From IMG/VR virus record IMGVR_UViG_3300045988_177198: a stretch of DNA of 64,000 nucleotides. One strand, written 5' to 3'. Below the pieces are notes generated by a model. The model did no database searches. It had not been told where the DNA came from and saw only the letters and a list, made by a program, of their open reading frames with translations. The position numbers were made by a program, and so were the translations under genes. This document shows positions 29,996-40,712 of the stretch, one piece after another. Every line of letters starts with the position of its first letter. Positions within the stretch are counted from its first letter, which is position 1. The stretch comes from a virus.

Positions 29996-31393
29996 ATGCC
30001 AACAACATTGATAATCGTCGCGGCAGTGGCGATACTCATCATCCTGCTCGCAACCGCAAGCTACAAGGTCTGCCCCGCCGACCGGGTAATGGTCATCACC
30101 GGGCCGGGCGGACGACGCTTCGTCTCCGGCGGAAGCGCGTTCATCATACCCTTCATCATGCGCGTGGACTGGCTCTCCCTCGGAGCGGTGCAGTCGCTCC
30201 TGAGAACCGACACGCCGATTCCGACGAAGGACGCAATCCTCATCGACGTGAACGCCGTCGCCAACTTCCAAATCGCATCCGAGACCATGACCGTGGACGA
30301 GAACGGTAAACAGGTGAAGGCATTAGAAAACGCCGCCAAGAACTATCTGAACCAGTCCAAGGAGCGAATGGAGAAGGACGTGACACAAGTGCTCCTAGGC
30401 AAGCTGCGCGAGGTCATCGGCAGAACCGAGTTGAAGGCACTCATGGAGAACAGGGACACGTTCGCCGCGACCGTGGCCGAATCCGCCCGCGTGGACATGG
30501 AACGGCTTGGCCTTCAATTGACCACGTTCAACATTCAAGACTTCACCGACCGTCAGAACGTCATCGCCAACATGGGCGCTGAAATGGCCGCCGAAATCAG
30601 CCGGAATGCGAAGCTCGCGTCCATCAACGCGGAACAGGATGTGGCCGTCCGTCAGAACCAGCTCGACCTGAAACGAGCCGAACTCCAATCCATCTCCGAC
30701 AAGGCGCAGGCCGAGGCCGACGCGGTGAAGGACATCACCGCCGCCGAACAGTCCAAAACTCTCAAAGTCAAGGAGCAGGAGGCGGAAATCGCCGCCGCCG
30801 AAAAGAAGGCAGTCCTCGAACAGAAGAACGCCGAAATCGAAGAGCAGAAACTGAACGCGACCATCCGCAAGAAGGCCGACGCCGACAGATACGCAGCCGA
30901 ACAACAGGCCGACGCACAAGTGTACACGACCCGCAAGCATGCGGATGCGGAACTGTATCTACGTCAGCAGGAGGCTCAGGCCACCCAATCCACCGCCGAC
31001 GCGGACGCACACGCGACCGAAGTCAAAGGCAAGGCCGAGGGTTCCGCCGCACAGGCCAAGGGTGTAGGCGAAGCCGAGGCAATCCGCGCCCAAGGCCGAG
31101 CCTACAATGCGATGAACAACACGTACATCCTCGCCCAACAGTACATTCAGATTCTCCCCGACATGGTTCGGGCCGCCGCCGAACCGCTCACCAAGGTTGA
31201 CCACATCACCATGTATGGCGACGGAAACAGCACGAAGCTCGTGGGCGACACGGTGAACAGTGTGAGCCAGTTGAGTGAGGGATTGTCTCAATCCTTGGGC
31301 ATCGATTTGAAAGCTTTGCTGAACAGTATGGTGGCCGGTCATGCCGCCGGTTCCGCACTAGGTGGGAAAGGTTCCGAACAGTCCGGAAACTAA
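29996..31393 (+). CDS. flotillin-like SPFH/band-7 protein
   Basis: 465 aa; N-terminal TM, SPFH core, long Ala/Glu/Gln-rich coiled-coil. Confidence 0.8.
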   Translation: MPTTLIIVAAVAILIILLATASYKVCPADRVMVITGPGGRRFVSGGSAFIIPFIMRVDWLSLGAVQSLLRTDTPIPTKDAILIDVNAVANFQIASETMTVDENGKQVKALENAAKNYLNQSKERMEKDVTQVLLGKLREVIGRTELKALMENRDTFAATVAESARVDMERLGLQLTTFNIQDFTDRQNVIANMGAEMAAEISRNAKLASINAEQDVAVRQNQLDLKRAELQSISDKAQAEADAVKDITAAEQSKTLKVKEQEAEIAAAEKKAVLEQKNAEIEEQKLNATIRKKADADRYAAEQQADAQVYTTRKHADAELYLRQQEAQATQSTADADAHATEVKGKAEGSAAQAKGVGEAEAIRAQGRAYNAMNNTYILAQQYIQILPDMVRAAAEPLTKVDHITMYGDGNSTKLVGDTVNSVSQLSEGLSQSLGIDLKALLNSMVAGHAAGSALGGKGSEQSGN

Positions 31394-31572
31394 CCTGTTC
31401 AGGGGCATGTTGGAGGGTATGGGAAGCCATGCCCTCCTTATTTTTAAGGGCTGAAAGCGTTCTTTCAAGGTTTTTAATGAGGGTGCTTGCGGTATATTAG
31501 GAATGTAATCCGATATTGACCCTGTTCGATGAATGAACGTGCGCCGGGTCTAGTAAGGAAAGGAAAACAAAG

Positions 31573-33300
31573 GTGAAAACCAAAAACCTGTTGAAGGCAA
31601 CGGTCGCCACGCTTGTGGCCGGTGCCATGGGTTTGGCTGGAGTCGGCTCCGCCATGGCTGATACCACGCGTATCAGCGCTGAGGATTTGGCGAAGAATCA
31701 GACGTTGACGGTTGAGGCTAATGGTGATATTAGCAATCGCACGTTGAAGGCTGTGCCGCTCGCCTACTATTCGTATGCGCAGACTGATGGCACTGATAAT
31801 ATCACCGGCTTTGACCTGATTGACGCGGGCAAGGCTTCTGCTATCGCTGACGCATTGACTAAAGCCAATATTGACACTAAGTCCAAGAAAGACCAGACCG
31901 CCGGATACGACTATGATGCGTCCAATCCGATGGTGTGGGTCGTGCAGAATCTCCTTGATTCCGAGGACAGGCCGTGGGCTGGCAAGCTTCGTGACTTCAT
32001 CGACCAACTGAAGAACGAGGCCGCCGTGACCGACGATAATGGCACCAAGTTCATCGCTACCCCGGACGATAATACCGAGCAGACCGCGTCCGTCCGTCCG
32101 GGCGTGTACGCGGTCGTGGACACCACCAAGACCGGTCAGGCGTCCATCGTCATGTTCAACGGCACCGGCATCGACGGCAAGACCACGTTGAAGAACGGCA
32201 ACAAGCCCTACACGCTGCTGGGCACCGTGTCCTATAAGGTGCATGACGCTAGAGTCGCCAAGGCTATCACCTCTGTTGAGAATGGTGATGTGGATGAGAA
32301 AATCACTGGGGATGAGGATGGGCCACGTCAAGCAGGGGAGGAACAGTATGCGGTAGCCAAGACCTCCATCGGCAAGAAGGTCTCTTTCAAGATGGCCAGC
32401 TGGGTGCCTGTGTGGACTGGCTACGACCATTACTATTATGCGCTCAACGATACGTATTCGGATGGTCTGACGTTCAACGCGGATAGTGTGAAGGTCACTG
32501 TCGGTGGTAAGGCTTTGACTGCTGGCAAGGATTACAAGGTGACGACCGAGACGGGCAAGTTCCATATCCTGTTCGCCCCGACCGCTGATGGTTCTTCCGA
32601 CATCATCGCCGCCAAGACCACGTTCCCGGTCGATGCGGAAGTGCTTGTCACTTATAACATGACCGTGAACAAGAACGCCCACGTGGACGGTGTTGACACC
32701 AACACGAGCGAAGTCGAATACTCCCACAATCCGAACAACGTCACCGACCATCAGAAGACTCCGGGCAACACCAACTACGTGTACGTCGGCAAGTTCACTC
32801 TGACCAAGACCGATACGAACAACGCTCCGCTCGCGGGTGCCGTGTTCAACATCAAGGACGCCAAGAACAATATCGTCAAGTTCGTCAAGGTGAAGGATAA
32901 CGAGTATCGTGTCGCCGACTCGACTGAGGCCGCTACCGCAAGCGCCGACATCACCACCGCCGATAAGAACAATGGCGTCATCACCTTGAAGGGCATGTAC
33001 GGCGCCTACACGGTGACCGAAACCAAGAGTCCGTTCGGCGGCAGCATTCTGCCGGAGTTCACTCTGACCGTTGGCGTGGCCCAGTCCACAGACCATAACA
33101 CCAGCACTTCGTCCCTCACCGCATTCGGACAAGATTCGAACAAGCTGGCCTCCAAGACCGGTGACGATGGAGTGACCGTCATCAACGCCCGCAACATCGC
33201 TGACATGCCGAAGACCGGTGCGGTCTGGCTGTCCATCTTCGGCGTGATGACCGTCCTGTTGGCTGGCGCTTCCGCCCTGCTGCTTCGTCGCAAGGCGTGA
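31573..33300 (+). CDS. sortase-dependent major pilin (SpaA/FimA-type)
   Basis: Signal peptide, E-box 'YTVTETKSPFGG', C-terminal sorting signal 'MPKTG' plus hydrophobic helix plus 'RRKA'. Confidence 0.8.
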   Translation: MKTKNLLKATVATLVAGAMGLAGVGSAMADTTRISAEDLAKNQTLTVEANGDISNRTLKAVPLAYYSYAQTDGTDNITGFDLIDAGKASAIADALTKANIDTKSKKDQTAGYDYDASNPMVWVVQNLLDSEDRPWAGKLRDFIDQLKNEAAVTDDNGTKFIATPDDNTEQTASVRPGVYAVVDTTKTGQASIVMFNGTGIDGKTTLKNGNKPYTLLGTVSYKVHDARVAKAITSVENGDVDEKITGDEDGPRQAGEEQYAVAKTSIGKKVSFKMASWVPVWTGYDHYYYALNDTYSDGLTFNADSVKVTVGGKALTAGKDYKVTTETGKFHILFAPTADGSSDIIAAKTTFPVDAEVLVTYNMTVNKNAHVDGVDTNTSEVEYSHNPNNVTDHQKTPGNTNYVYVGKFTLTKTDTNNAPLAGAVFNIKDAKNNIVKFVKVKDNEYRVADSTEAATASADITTADKNNGVITLKGMYGAYTVTETKSPFGGSILPEFTLTVGVAQSTDHNTSTSSLTAFGQDSNKLASKTGDDGVTVINARNIADMPKTGAVWLSIFGVMTVLLAGASALLLRRKA

Positions 33301-33435
33301 GATTGGAAGATTGGAATACTGCCGTATGAGAAAACTTTTCTGACCGTTTGACGGTTGGAAAAGCATGAAATGTTCCGCTTGGCGTGTCGGGAACCCAAAT
33401 ATCGACACGCCACCTTTTAGATTCTTTATAACCGC

Positions 33436-34341
33436 ATGGGAGGGGTTTTGGGAAAACATACGGCGAAACCGAAAGGCTTGGGAAATCGAGCCATAGCGGG
33501 ACTTCTCTGCCTAATCCTATCCGCCCTGTCCGGAACCATCCCATTCATTCTCATGATTTCGAACAGTAGCCAATCCAACCGGTTGACCGACTCTCACGCG
33601 CAAGCCGTGGGAAACACCGACGTGAAACGAATCGTCCAAGAGTATGCGGACGCGCAAGCCTACAATCAACGCCTATACGAGGAAGGCCAGCCCATTCTTG
33701 GTGAGGCGGAAGACCCTTGGACGGGCGTCAACAAGTCCGAAACGGACAACACGTATCGGAAGCAACTATCCACCCCCAAGGATGGGGTCATGGCTACCAT
33801 CAAATATCCACGCTTGGGCATCAACCTGCCCATCCGGCATGGCACGTCGCAAAACGTGTTGGCCGCTGGAGCCGGACACTTATATGGTTCCAGTCTCCCC
33901 GTCGGTGGCAAGAACACGCATACTGTCATATCCGCGCACACGGGTTTGGCAGACCAGCTCATGTTCGACAAGCTGCGAGGCTTCGGCAGTGAAGCCAAAA
34001 AGGGAGACGTCTTCTATCTGATAACCGCCGGACATACGCTCGCCTACAAGGTCACGGATATTAGCGTGGTAGACCCATCCGATTTCACCAAACTGAAAAT
34101 CGTCACCGGAAAAGACCTCTCCACACTCCTAACCTGCACACCATACGGCATCAACAACAAGCGACTCCTAGTGACCGGCACGCGCACCAGCATGCCACAC
34201 CCCGCACCCAAACCCGAAAACGCGCCGAAAGACCACACGAACCAATGGCTCATACTGTACGTCGGCGGATTCTGGCTTGCGGTAATCATCATCACCATTC
34301 TCATCATCCGTAGAAAAAACCACGCAAAGAAGGAACACTAA
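33436..34341 (+). CDS. srtC: class C (pilus-specific) sortase
   Basis: Catalytic His 'ISAHTG', Cys 'LLTCTPYG', C-terminal TM anchor. Confidence 0.85.
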   Translation: MGGVLGKHTAKPKGLGNRAIAGLLCLILSALSGTIPFILMISNSSQSNRLTDSHAQAVGNTDVKRIVQEYADAQAYNQRLYEEGQPILGEAEDPWTGVNKSETDNTYRKQLSTPKDGVMATIKYPRLGINLPIRHGTSQNVLAAGAGHLYGSSLPVGGKNTHTVISAHTGLADQLMFDKLRGFGSEAKKGDVFYLITAGHTLAYKVTDISVVDPSDFTKLKIVTGKDLSTLLTCTPYGINNKRLLVTGTRTSMPHPAPKPENAPKDHTNQWLILYVGGFWLAVIIITILIIRRKNHAKKEH

Positions 34342-37300
34342 TGAGTATTCTCAAAAAGCATGTGGCACATCCGGTAGCATTATTGGCCGCAATCGCCACA
34401 CTGGCATCCGGCCTGACATGCATGACCAATCCGGTAGCCTCTCCAAAAGCGCATGCGGACGAGTTGAAACCCGCGTATGCTACTGCGAAAATCGTTAAGA
34501 AAGCCGACGGTACGGGGCATGGCACGAGTTCGCAAACGTTCGTGAATTCGAAGAACGGGTTCGCCACGGGCGATGATTCCCCTACCGATGGCGTGGTCGC
34601 ATCCGGTGATACGGTCGAATATTCATTGACGTTGAACTTCAACGCGGCGGGCAAGCGTACCATCAACGTGAAGTTCGACTTGGACGACGCGCCGTATTTG
34701 CAGACTGTTGATGGTGGTGGCTTCTGCCAGCCGGGACAACTCGTCACCGCGAAGAAAAACAGTGACGGCTCCTGCTCCTACACGGTTCCAGCCGGTGGCG
34801 TGGAAACCATGACCCAAACCTTCTATCTGAAAGCAAAAGACACGGGAGGCTTGGTCAAGCCGGGTCAGATTCCGAAAATCGTCGTCGCCCGCGAAGGTGG
34901 AACGTCAACCACGTATCGTACGGATGAGTTGACTGTAGTATCCGCTCCGGCGGCTGACTTGGTCATTGACAATGGCGGCAATCCGGTGAAAGGCCAATAC
35001 TCGTATGAGCATCGTACTTATTGGAGTCAGAACACCGACGCGACCGGCGATTTCACTATTCGTGCCGACGCGTTGACCTATCCGGGTTATTCGTCCACGA
35101 AGGGCGCGTCCACCAGCATCGATTGGACGACCAAAGTGGATATTTCCGACTTCCCGCAGGGCACCGTGTGGACTGTAGGCGGTCAGCGGATTACCCGTAA
35201 CAGTGATAAAGAACAGTATTTGACCGTATCCAGTGGCAAGAACGGTGCGGCGGCGACAATCAGCTACAGGATTCCCGCCGGAACCGACGCGCTCAAAAAC
35301 ATGAAAGAAGGAGACGTCAAATATTACGATGTCCACCTTGTTCCCGACGAAACCGTGTTCAGTGTCAAAGACGATAACGGCGACGCACTGTTGAACATGG
35401 GCAAGGGCGGCGAACCCGGCTGGAACATTGGACGGGACAAGAGCACCTACGACAAGGATACGGGTGCCCGCGTAGGCTACCCGTATGCGAACAATGACTG
35501 GTCACGAGCCATCATCCAACGGCTCAAGCCGACTCCAGCTGGCAAGATTCCACTGTTCGGCAAAGGACTGCAACGTCCTAACACTGCGTCCAAGACCATG
35601 TTCGACAAGGAGAATCTGACGTTCGACGCCGCCGAAGGCAAAGCTGACATCTACCATTACTATTCCGACGGTTCCGGCGACACCGTGTCCCGTAGAACGC
35701 AAGTCAAAACCATTTTGGAAATGTATGCGGCGAACGTTACGGCGGACAAGCTTAAAAACACTACGCCGACCATGCAGGACGAGTGGGATAATACGCGCAT
35801 GCGGTGGGATGGAAGCTTGGAAGTCACCCAGAACGGCGCTCCGGTTTCCGACTACAAAGTTCAATGGGCTGATAGCAGAGACAATTGGCATGACGGGGAA
35901 CCATCCGACACGGACGCTCCGAACGTCAAGAAGATTCGGGTGACGTTCAACCCCGACACTTTGACTTTGGGAAAGGGTGCGCCGAACGTTCAGGTCACGT
36001 TCAACACGCTCGCCATAGCCGACGTGTCCAAAGGCAATGTGGAAGCTTTGGATACGCTGACCGCATGGCTTACCGAAGACGATAAGGCGAGCGTCACCAA
36101 TTGGGTGTGGATTGCCAAGCCGGTAGACCCGACCACCAGTATCGACATCAGTCTGAAAGCCTACGATGGTGAAGGCAATCAAGTGTATGCGAACAACAGT
36201 TCCAATCACCCGTCCGGAAGCGCAGTCGATTTGACTCCCGGCATGCGAGTGGATTATACGGTCACGGAACAGTTGCGCACCATTCTCCTGTCCAATACGA
36301 GCATGACGCCGACCATCACGGTGCCGAAACCGAAAGGCTTGTACAATCCGACCTGTGATGATTCGTTCTGGCAGATGAAAGTGGACGGGAATAATCTCGT
36401 GTTCACGCCACGTTCCGGCAAAGTCACGCCTGAAGTAGACCGTATGGGGTCGGCCACTTTGCCTGACCTGCATTTCAGTGGCATCGTATCCAATCTCGCC
36501 ACCGGGACTGTCACCGCCAGTGCGAATATGAGCGTGGACGTTGACGAGAACGGCGCATTGCAAGCCCAAACCATCAAAAGCAATACGCCCAGCGTCCCAT
36601 TCCCTGTCTCCAATGCGGAAACCAACAGTGGCATCATGCGTGTGAAGACCACAAAGGCTGAAATCGGCGACCCGCTTACTTGGGAGTTCAACGTGTACGG
36701 CAAGGGCGACGGCCATACCGGCACCATGGATAGCATGCTACTGCTTCCTGCGAATGGTGATGAGAAGTACGTGCAGGACAAGCTGGTCGAATATGAGCGT
36801 GGATACAGCAACTATCATGGCTCCTACGAACTGACCCAGCCCGTCACGGTCAATATGGACAATTCGACCAGTACGACCGTCTACTATTCAACCACCACCG
36901 GAAAGAAGTCGGATAACCCGGCTGACTACGAGTGGAAGACATGGGATGAATTGTCCGCCACCGAGAAGAAGAACATCACCGCCATCCGACTGACCAGCAC
37001 TGTCGTCGCGTCCGACGATAAACTGTCCTATTCGGCGGTGAACGGCACCATCACGCTCACCCCATCCGACAATGTGAAAGACGACAAGTACACGCTGTGG
37101 CTTGGCCGCAACTATTATTCCGACGCTTCCGACAAACCGGCGGGCAACCAGCCGTGGCCTGACGTGGCGAAGGTAGTGGCCGGTAGCATCAGCGGCGCCG
37201 TCTGGTGGGATAAGGATGAGAACACGCTCATCGGTGACAATGAGGAGCACATCGAAGGAGTGGAAGTCACCCTCGGCAAGCAGGATTCAAGCGGCGGCTG

Positions 37301-39731
37301 GCAGACCGTCAAAACGGTGAAGACCGACAAGGACGGCTACTACGAGTTCAACCTGCTCCACTCCGGCACCTACCGTACTTCGGTGAAACGCAACACTGGC
37401 ACCAGTACGGGTGATGGCGTACAGACGCAAGTCAAAACCTACTACAACAAGCTCGAAAACGTGACGAACACGCGCAGCTGGTCGAACAAAATCAAGTCCA
37501 ACGCGAAAGACACGTCCGACGACATCCACCTAGGCATCGGCGCAGACCAGAAAAACGTGGACTACGGGTATGCGAAACCAGACCCGAAAGCCACCGTGGA
37601 CAAAACCGTCACCGGCACCAGCTGCACCGACACGAAATGCGTCATCAACTGGGATGTCAAAGTACAGAATTCTGGCACTAGCCGTTTTGACACGTCCAGT
37701 GTCGTTTCTGACCGTATGAGCGCTGATGTGCATGATGTTTCCGCTACCGCCGGTACGGTTTCCATCGAATCTGGTGGCGCGAAGCAGGTTGCGACGAGTG
37801 GCGACCATAAGTTTGTGTTGACGAACGAGGGCTTGTTGTATGCGTGGGGTAACAACCAGTATGGTCAATTAGGTTTCAAGCCTGACACGACGAATACCGC
37901 TACCCCAACGAACGTGAACAAGCCGACCATCGTGAACGGTAGTTGGCTGAAAGTCGCCGCCGGTGGCAAACACTCCGCCGCCATCAGCACGGACGGCCAC
38001 TTGTACACGACTGGTTGGAACGGTAAAGGCCAATTGGGTACGGGTGATACGGATAATCGTGACCAGTGGACTCTAGTCGCAGAAGATAAGACGTTTGTTG
38101 ACGTGGCGTGCGGCAACCAGTTCACTGTGGCGATAGCAAGTGACGGCACCTTGTGGGTGGTCGGAAAAGTCAGTTCCACCTCGTATTCAACGTGGACGCA
38201 AATCCAGTCGGGTAAGACGTTCACGCAGGTCAGCGCCAGCACGTACAGGTGGGTCGCGTTGACGTCCTACGGCGGTTGTGTGGTGGACGGCGACGAGTTT
38301 TTCTCTATTGGTTTCACGCAAGTTGTCGCCTCATTCGGCAACGCCTACGGGTTGACTGACGCGGGTACAGTGATAGTGCTCGTCGGCGGAGGTGATAGCG
38401 GTATCGACCAGTCCAATGTGTCTAATCTGAGGTACATCACCCGTATCGGTGTCGGATACAACACTTTCTACGCCATCGACAAGAACCAACACTTGTGGGC
38501 GGCTGGCTGGAATGGTGACGGCCAATTAGCGAACGGTAAGACCGGTACAGGCAGGTATTGGACCAACGGCAGTACGAGCGGCAACGCGGATATTGTTTCC
38601 ACGCCAATCGATACGGGCATTACCGCATCCGACGTTGCGGGCGGCGACCGTGACGTGCTCATTGTCGGCAAGCAGGTCATGATTGCGGGCTTCGACCCGT
38701 ATGGTGACGGCAAGACGGGTGGCGCACGTTCCACCGGTTTGAAGGGAATGGTCGTATCGTCCGACCCGACCGCCGTACCGGTCGAACCGTTGAGCGAGTC
38801 CACGGAGAAGGGGTTGACGACACGCACGTACAATCTGCCATACGGTATTGAACCGGGAGGCTACGTCATCTACCATTTCACCGGCACCGTTGACCGTGAC
38901 ACGACGGACACGACCAAGTGGACGGACGAACAAATCAGCACATGGGTCAAGGAGCATACGAAGACCATCCTCAATCAGGCATGGTTCGACTCCGAACACA
39001 CGCCATATTCGGGCACGCCGCACGCGAACGGTAAAACCACGCCGGACAATCCGGACGCGTCCAAACTGGAATCGAACACCAGCGACGTGACCGGCAACAT
39101 GACATGCCGCACCGACTCGGACTATGCGGAGGATGGACGCCAACACTGGTTCAGCACCGGTGATGAGGACTCCTGCGACCAAGTCGGCACCACTATCACC
39201 CCGACCGCCAGCGCGAAGAAGCTCGGCACCATCAGCGGACTCTACTGGGAGGATACTGACAAGGACGGAGTCAGAAGCGACAGCGAATCGAAACGGTTCG
39301 CCAACCAGACCGTAATTCTCTATGACAAGGACGGCAAGCAGGTGGCATCCACCAAGACCGACAAGGACGGCAAGTACAAGTTCGAACACTTGGACGCGGA
39401 CGGCGACCAGTACACCATCCAATTCAGCCGCGTCACCCACCAAGAGTTCACCAAGCCGGATGCGAACGACATGGACATTCCGAATGACGCGAGTTCCACC
39501 GACTCCGACGCGAACACGAGCGACGACAAGTACGGTGAATCCACGTTCACCATCATCCTCACACAGGATAAGCCGGACAAGGAGAATGTGGACGCGGGCG
39601 TCCTACCAGAAACATGGATGATGAGCATGCCCCACACCGGCATGGGCTTACTGTTGCCAATCCTCATACTCGTCAGCATTCTGGGACTCGTCACCGCAAT
39701 CATCCTGTTGAGAAAGGAAGACCGTAAGTGA
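34341..39731 (+). CDS. giant sortase-anchored pilus tip adhesin with RCC1-like beta-propeller and SdrD-B/CnaB-like domains
   Basis: 1796 aa; signal peptide; repeated 'GxNxxGQLG' RCC1 blades (aa ~1150-1400); two 'WxDxDxDG...DGxYxF' B-type domains; sorting signal 'MPHTG' plus TM plus 'RKEDRK'. Confidence 0.85.
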   Translation: MSILKKHVAHPVALLAAIATLASGLTCMTNPVASPKAHADELKPAYATAKIVKKADGTGHGTSSQTFVNSKNGFATGDDSPTDGVVASGDTVEYSLTLNFNAAGKRTINVKFDLDDAPYLQTVDGGGFCQPGQLVTAKKNSDGSCSYTVPAGGVETMTQTFYLKAKDTGGLVKPGQIPKIVVAREGGTSTTYRTDELTVVSAPAADLVIDNGGNPVKGQYSYEHRTYWSQNTDATGDFTIRADALTYPGYSSTKGASTSIDWTTKVDISDFPQGTVWTVGGQRITRNSDKEQYLTVSSGKNGAAATISYRIPAGTDALKNMKEGDVKYYDVHLVPDETVFSVKDDNGDALLNMGKGGEPGWNIGRDKSTYDKDTGARVGYPYANNDWSRAIIQRLKPTPAGKIPLFGKGLQRPNTASKTMFDKENLTFDAAEGKADIYHYYSDGSGDTVSRRTQVKTILEMYAANVTADKLKNTTPTMQDEWDNTRMRWDGSLEVTQNGAPVSDYKVQWADSRDNWHDGEPSDTDAPNVKKIRVTFNPDTLTLGKGAPNVQVTFNTLAIADVSKGNVEALDTLTAWLTEDDKASVTNWVWIAKPVDPTTSIDISLKAYDGEGNQVYANNSSNHPSGSAVDLTPGMRVDYTVTEQLRTILLSNTSMTPTITVPKPKGLYNPTCDDSFWQMKVDGNNLVFTPRSGKVTPEVDRMGSATLPDLHFSGIVSNLATGTVTASANMSVDVDENGALQAQTIKSNTPSVPFPVSNAETNSGIMRVKTTKAEIGDPLTWEFNVYGKGDGHTGTMDSMLLLPANGDEKYVQDKLVEYERGYSNYHGSYELTQPVTVNMDNSTSTTVYYSTTTGKKSDNPADYEWKTWDELSATEKKNITAIRLTSTVVASDDKLSYSAVNGTITLTPSDNVKDDKYTLWLGRNYYSDASDKPAGNQPWPDVAKVVAGSISGAVWWDKDENTLIGDNEEHIEGVEVTLGKQDSSGGWQTVKTVKTDKDGYYEFNLLHSGTYRTSVKRNTGTSTGDGVQTQVKTYYNKLENVTNTRSWSNKIKSNAKDTSDDIHLGIGADQKNVDYGYAKPDPKATVDKTVTGTSCTDTKCVINWDVKVQNSGTSRFDTSSVVSDRMSADVHDVSATAGTVSIESGGAKQVATSGDHKFVLTNEGLLYAWGNNQYGQLGFKPDTTNTATPTNVNKPTIVNGSWLKVAAGGKHSAAISTDGHLYTTGWNGKGQLGTGDTDNRDQWTLVAEDKTFVDVACGNQFTVAIASDGTLWVVGKVSSTSYSTWTQIQSGKTFTQVSASTYRWVALTSYGGCVVDGDEFFSIGFTQVVASFGNAYGLTDAGTVIVLVGGGDSGIDQSNVSNLRYITRIGVGYNTFYAIDKNQHLWAAGWNGDGQLANGKTGTGRYWTNGSTSGNADIVSTPIDTGITASDVAGGDRDVLIVGKQVMIAGFDPYGDGKTGGARSTGLKGMVVSSDPTAVPVEPLSESTEKGLTTRTYNLPYGIEPGGYVIYHFTGTVDRDTTDTTKWTDEQISTWVKEHTKTILNQAWFDSEHTPYSGTPHANGKTTPDNPDASKLESNTSDVTGNMTCRTDSDYAEDGRQHWFSTGDEDSCDQVGTTITPTASAKKLGTISGLYWEDTDKDGVRSDSESKRFANQTVILYDKDGKQVASTKTDKDGKYKFEHLDADGDQYTIQFSRVTHQEFTKPDANDMDIPNDASSTDSDANTSDDKYGESTFTIILTQDKPDKENVDAGVLPETWMMSMPHTGMGLLLPILILVSILGLVTAIILLRKEDRK

Positions 39732-39742
39732 AAGGAACAAAA

Positions 39743-40711
39743 ATGGGCATGCACGCCAGTAACCGTGTGAACCGCCACTTGGGACAACGAATCCTCGCCA
39801 CCCTCGCCATCGTGGCGGCGGTCTGCGGCGGACTCATCACCGGTAGCGCCATCGCTTCGGAACCGGCCAAATGTTCGACCGGCGTGGACAAGGTCTGCTA
39901 TGCGGGCTACAACGCCGCAGGATTGAAGCAGATTGCCGACGATTTGAGCGACAAAGGCAAGGGAAGCTCCTACTATGCGGAAATGGAAGACAACCTTAAT
40001 AAAGGCACGCAAGGTTCGCTCACCCTATCGGACGGGTCTAACCTCCCGTTCAAACTCATCGGCATCCTCCACGACGACAAGGCCGACGGTAGCGGTAAAA
40101 AGGCTGGTTTGACGTTCATGGCGTGGAACTCGTTGCCGAAAGCGTACTGCATGAACGGAACTATGCCCAATGACAACACCACTACGTGTGCTTCTGACGG
40201 CTACACCAACAAAGGCGGATGGCGCGACAGCAACCTCCGCCAATGGATGAACACTGGGGAAATCTGGAACCAATTCCCCACCGACTTCCAAAACAACGTG
40301 ACCACCGTATTGAAGCAAACCAACAACATGTACTACGGAAACACTTCCGGCTCCGCCGCATCCGCCACAGCAGACAAGGTGTGGCTCGTCTCCTACAGGG
40401 AACTCGTACCAACCATATACGACGGGTGGAAAAGCTATAACGGTTTCCCAGCGTTAAGTCAGGAGGGAAGTCAATACGAGTATTTCCAAGGCAAGGTGAT
40501 GCACAACTATTCAAACAATAATATTCTGTCTGGAATCTACGAAACCGTTTCCGGTTCAGCGCCCTCCGGTGCCAGCTACTACTATTGGTGGGAGCGTTCG
40601 CCCTACCCGCGCTACAGCGACTCTTTCCTCCGAGTCTACTCGGGCGGCGACCCCAGCGACAGCAACAGTGCGTATTATCGCTTCTCCGTTGTCCCCGCTT
40701 TCTCCTTCTAA
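39743..40711 (+). CDS. secreted DGR target protein (variable C-terminal ligand-binding domain)
   Basis: Signal peptide with AIA|SE cleavage site; 3' 155 nt form the VR of the DGR; start at ATG 39743 with AAAGGAA RBS (track start GTG 39728). Confidence 0.7.
   Translation: MGMHASNRVNRHLGQRILATLAIVAAVCGGLITGSAIASEPAKCSTGVDKVCYAGYNAAGLKQIADDLSDKGKGSSYYAEMEDNLNKGTQGSLTLSDGSNLPFKLIGILHDDKADGSGKKAGLTFMAWNSLPKAYCMNGTMPNDNTTTCASDGYTNKGGWRDSNLRQWMNTGEIWNQFPTDFQNNVTTVLKQTNNMYYGNTSGSAASATADKVWLVSYRELVPTIYDGWKSYNGFPALSQEGSQYEYFQGKVMHNYSNNNILSGIYETVSGSAPSGASYYYWWERSPYPRYSDSFLRVYSGGDPSDSNSAYYRFSVVPAFSF
40545..40700 (+). other. DGR variable repeat (VR)
   Basis: ~156-nt repeat of 41334-41489 with ~20 mismatches, every one at a position where the other copy has A. 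Confidence 0.75.
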
Positions 40712-40712
40712 T

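Noticed and set aside
31474-33459. 661-aa minus-strand ORF covering the pilin gene
   Set aside because: Antisense to a gene with signal peptide, E-box and sorting signal; Gly/Val/Arg-rich artefact
35502-39443. Several long minus-strand ORFs (35502..36716, 38526..39443 and others) inside the adhesin gene
   Set aside because: Antisense shadows of the 1796-aa adhesin ORF, which has coherent domain structure end to end
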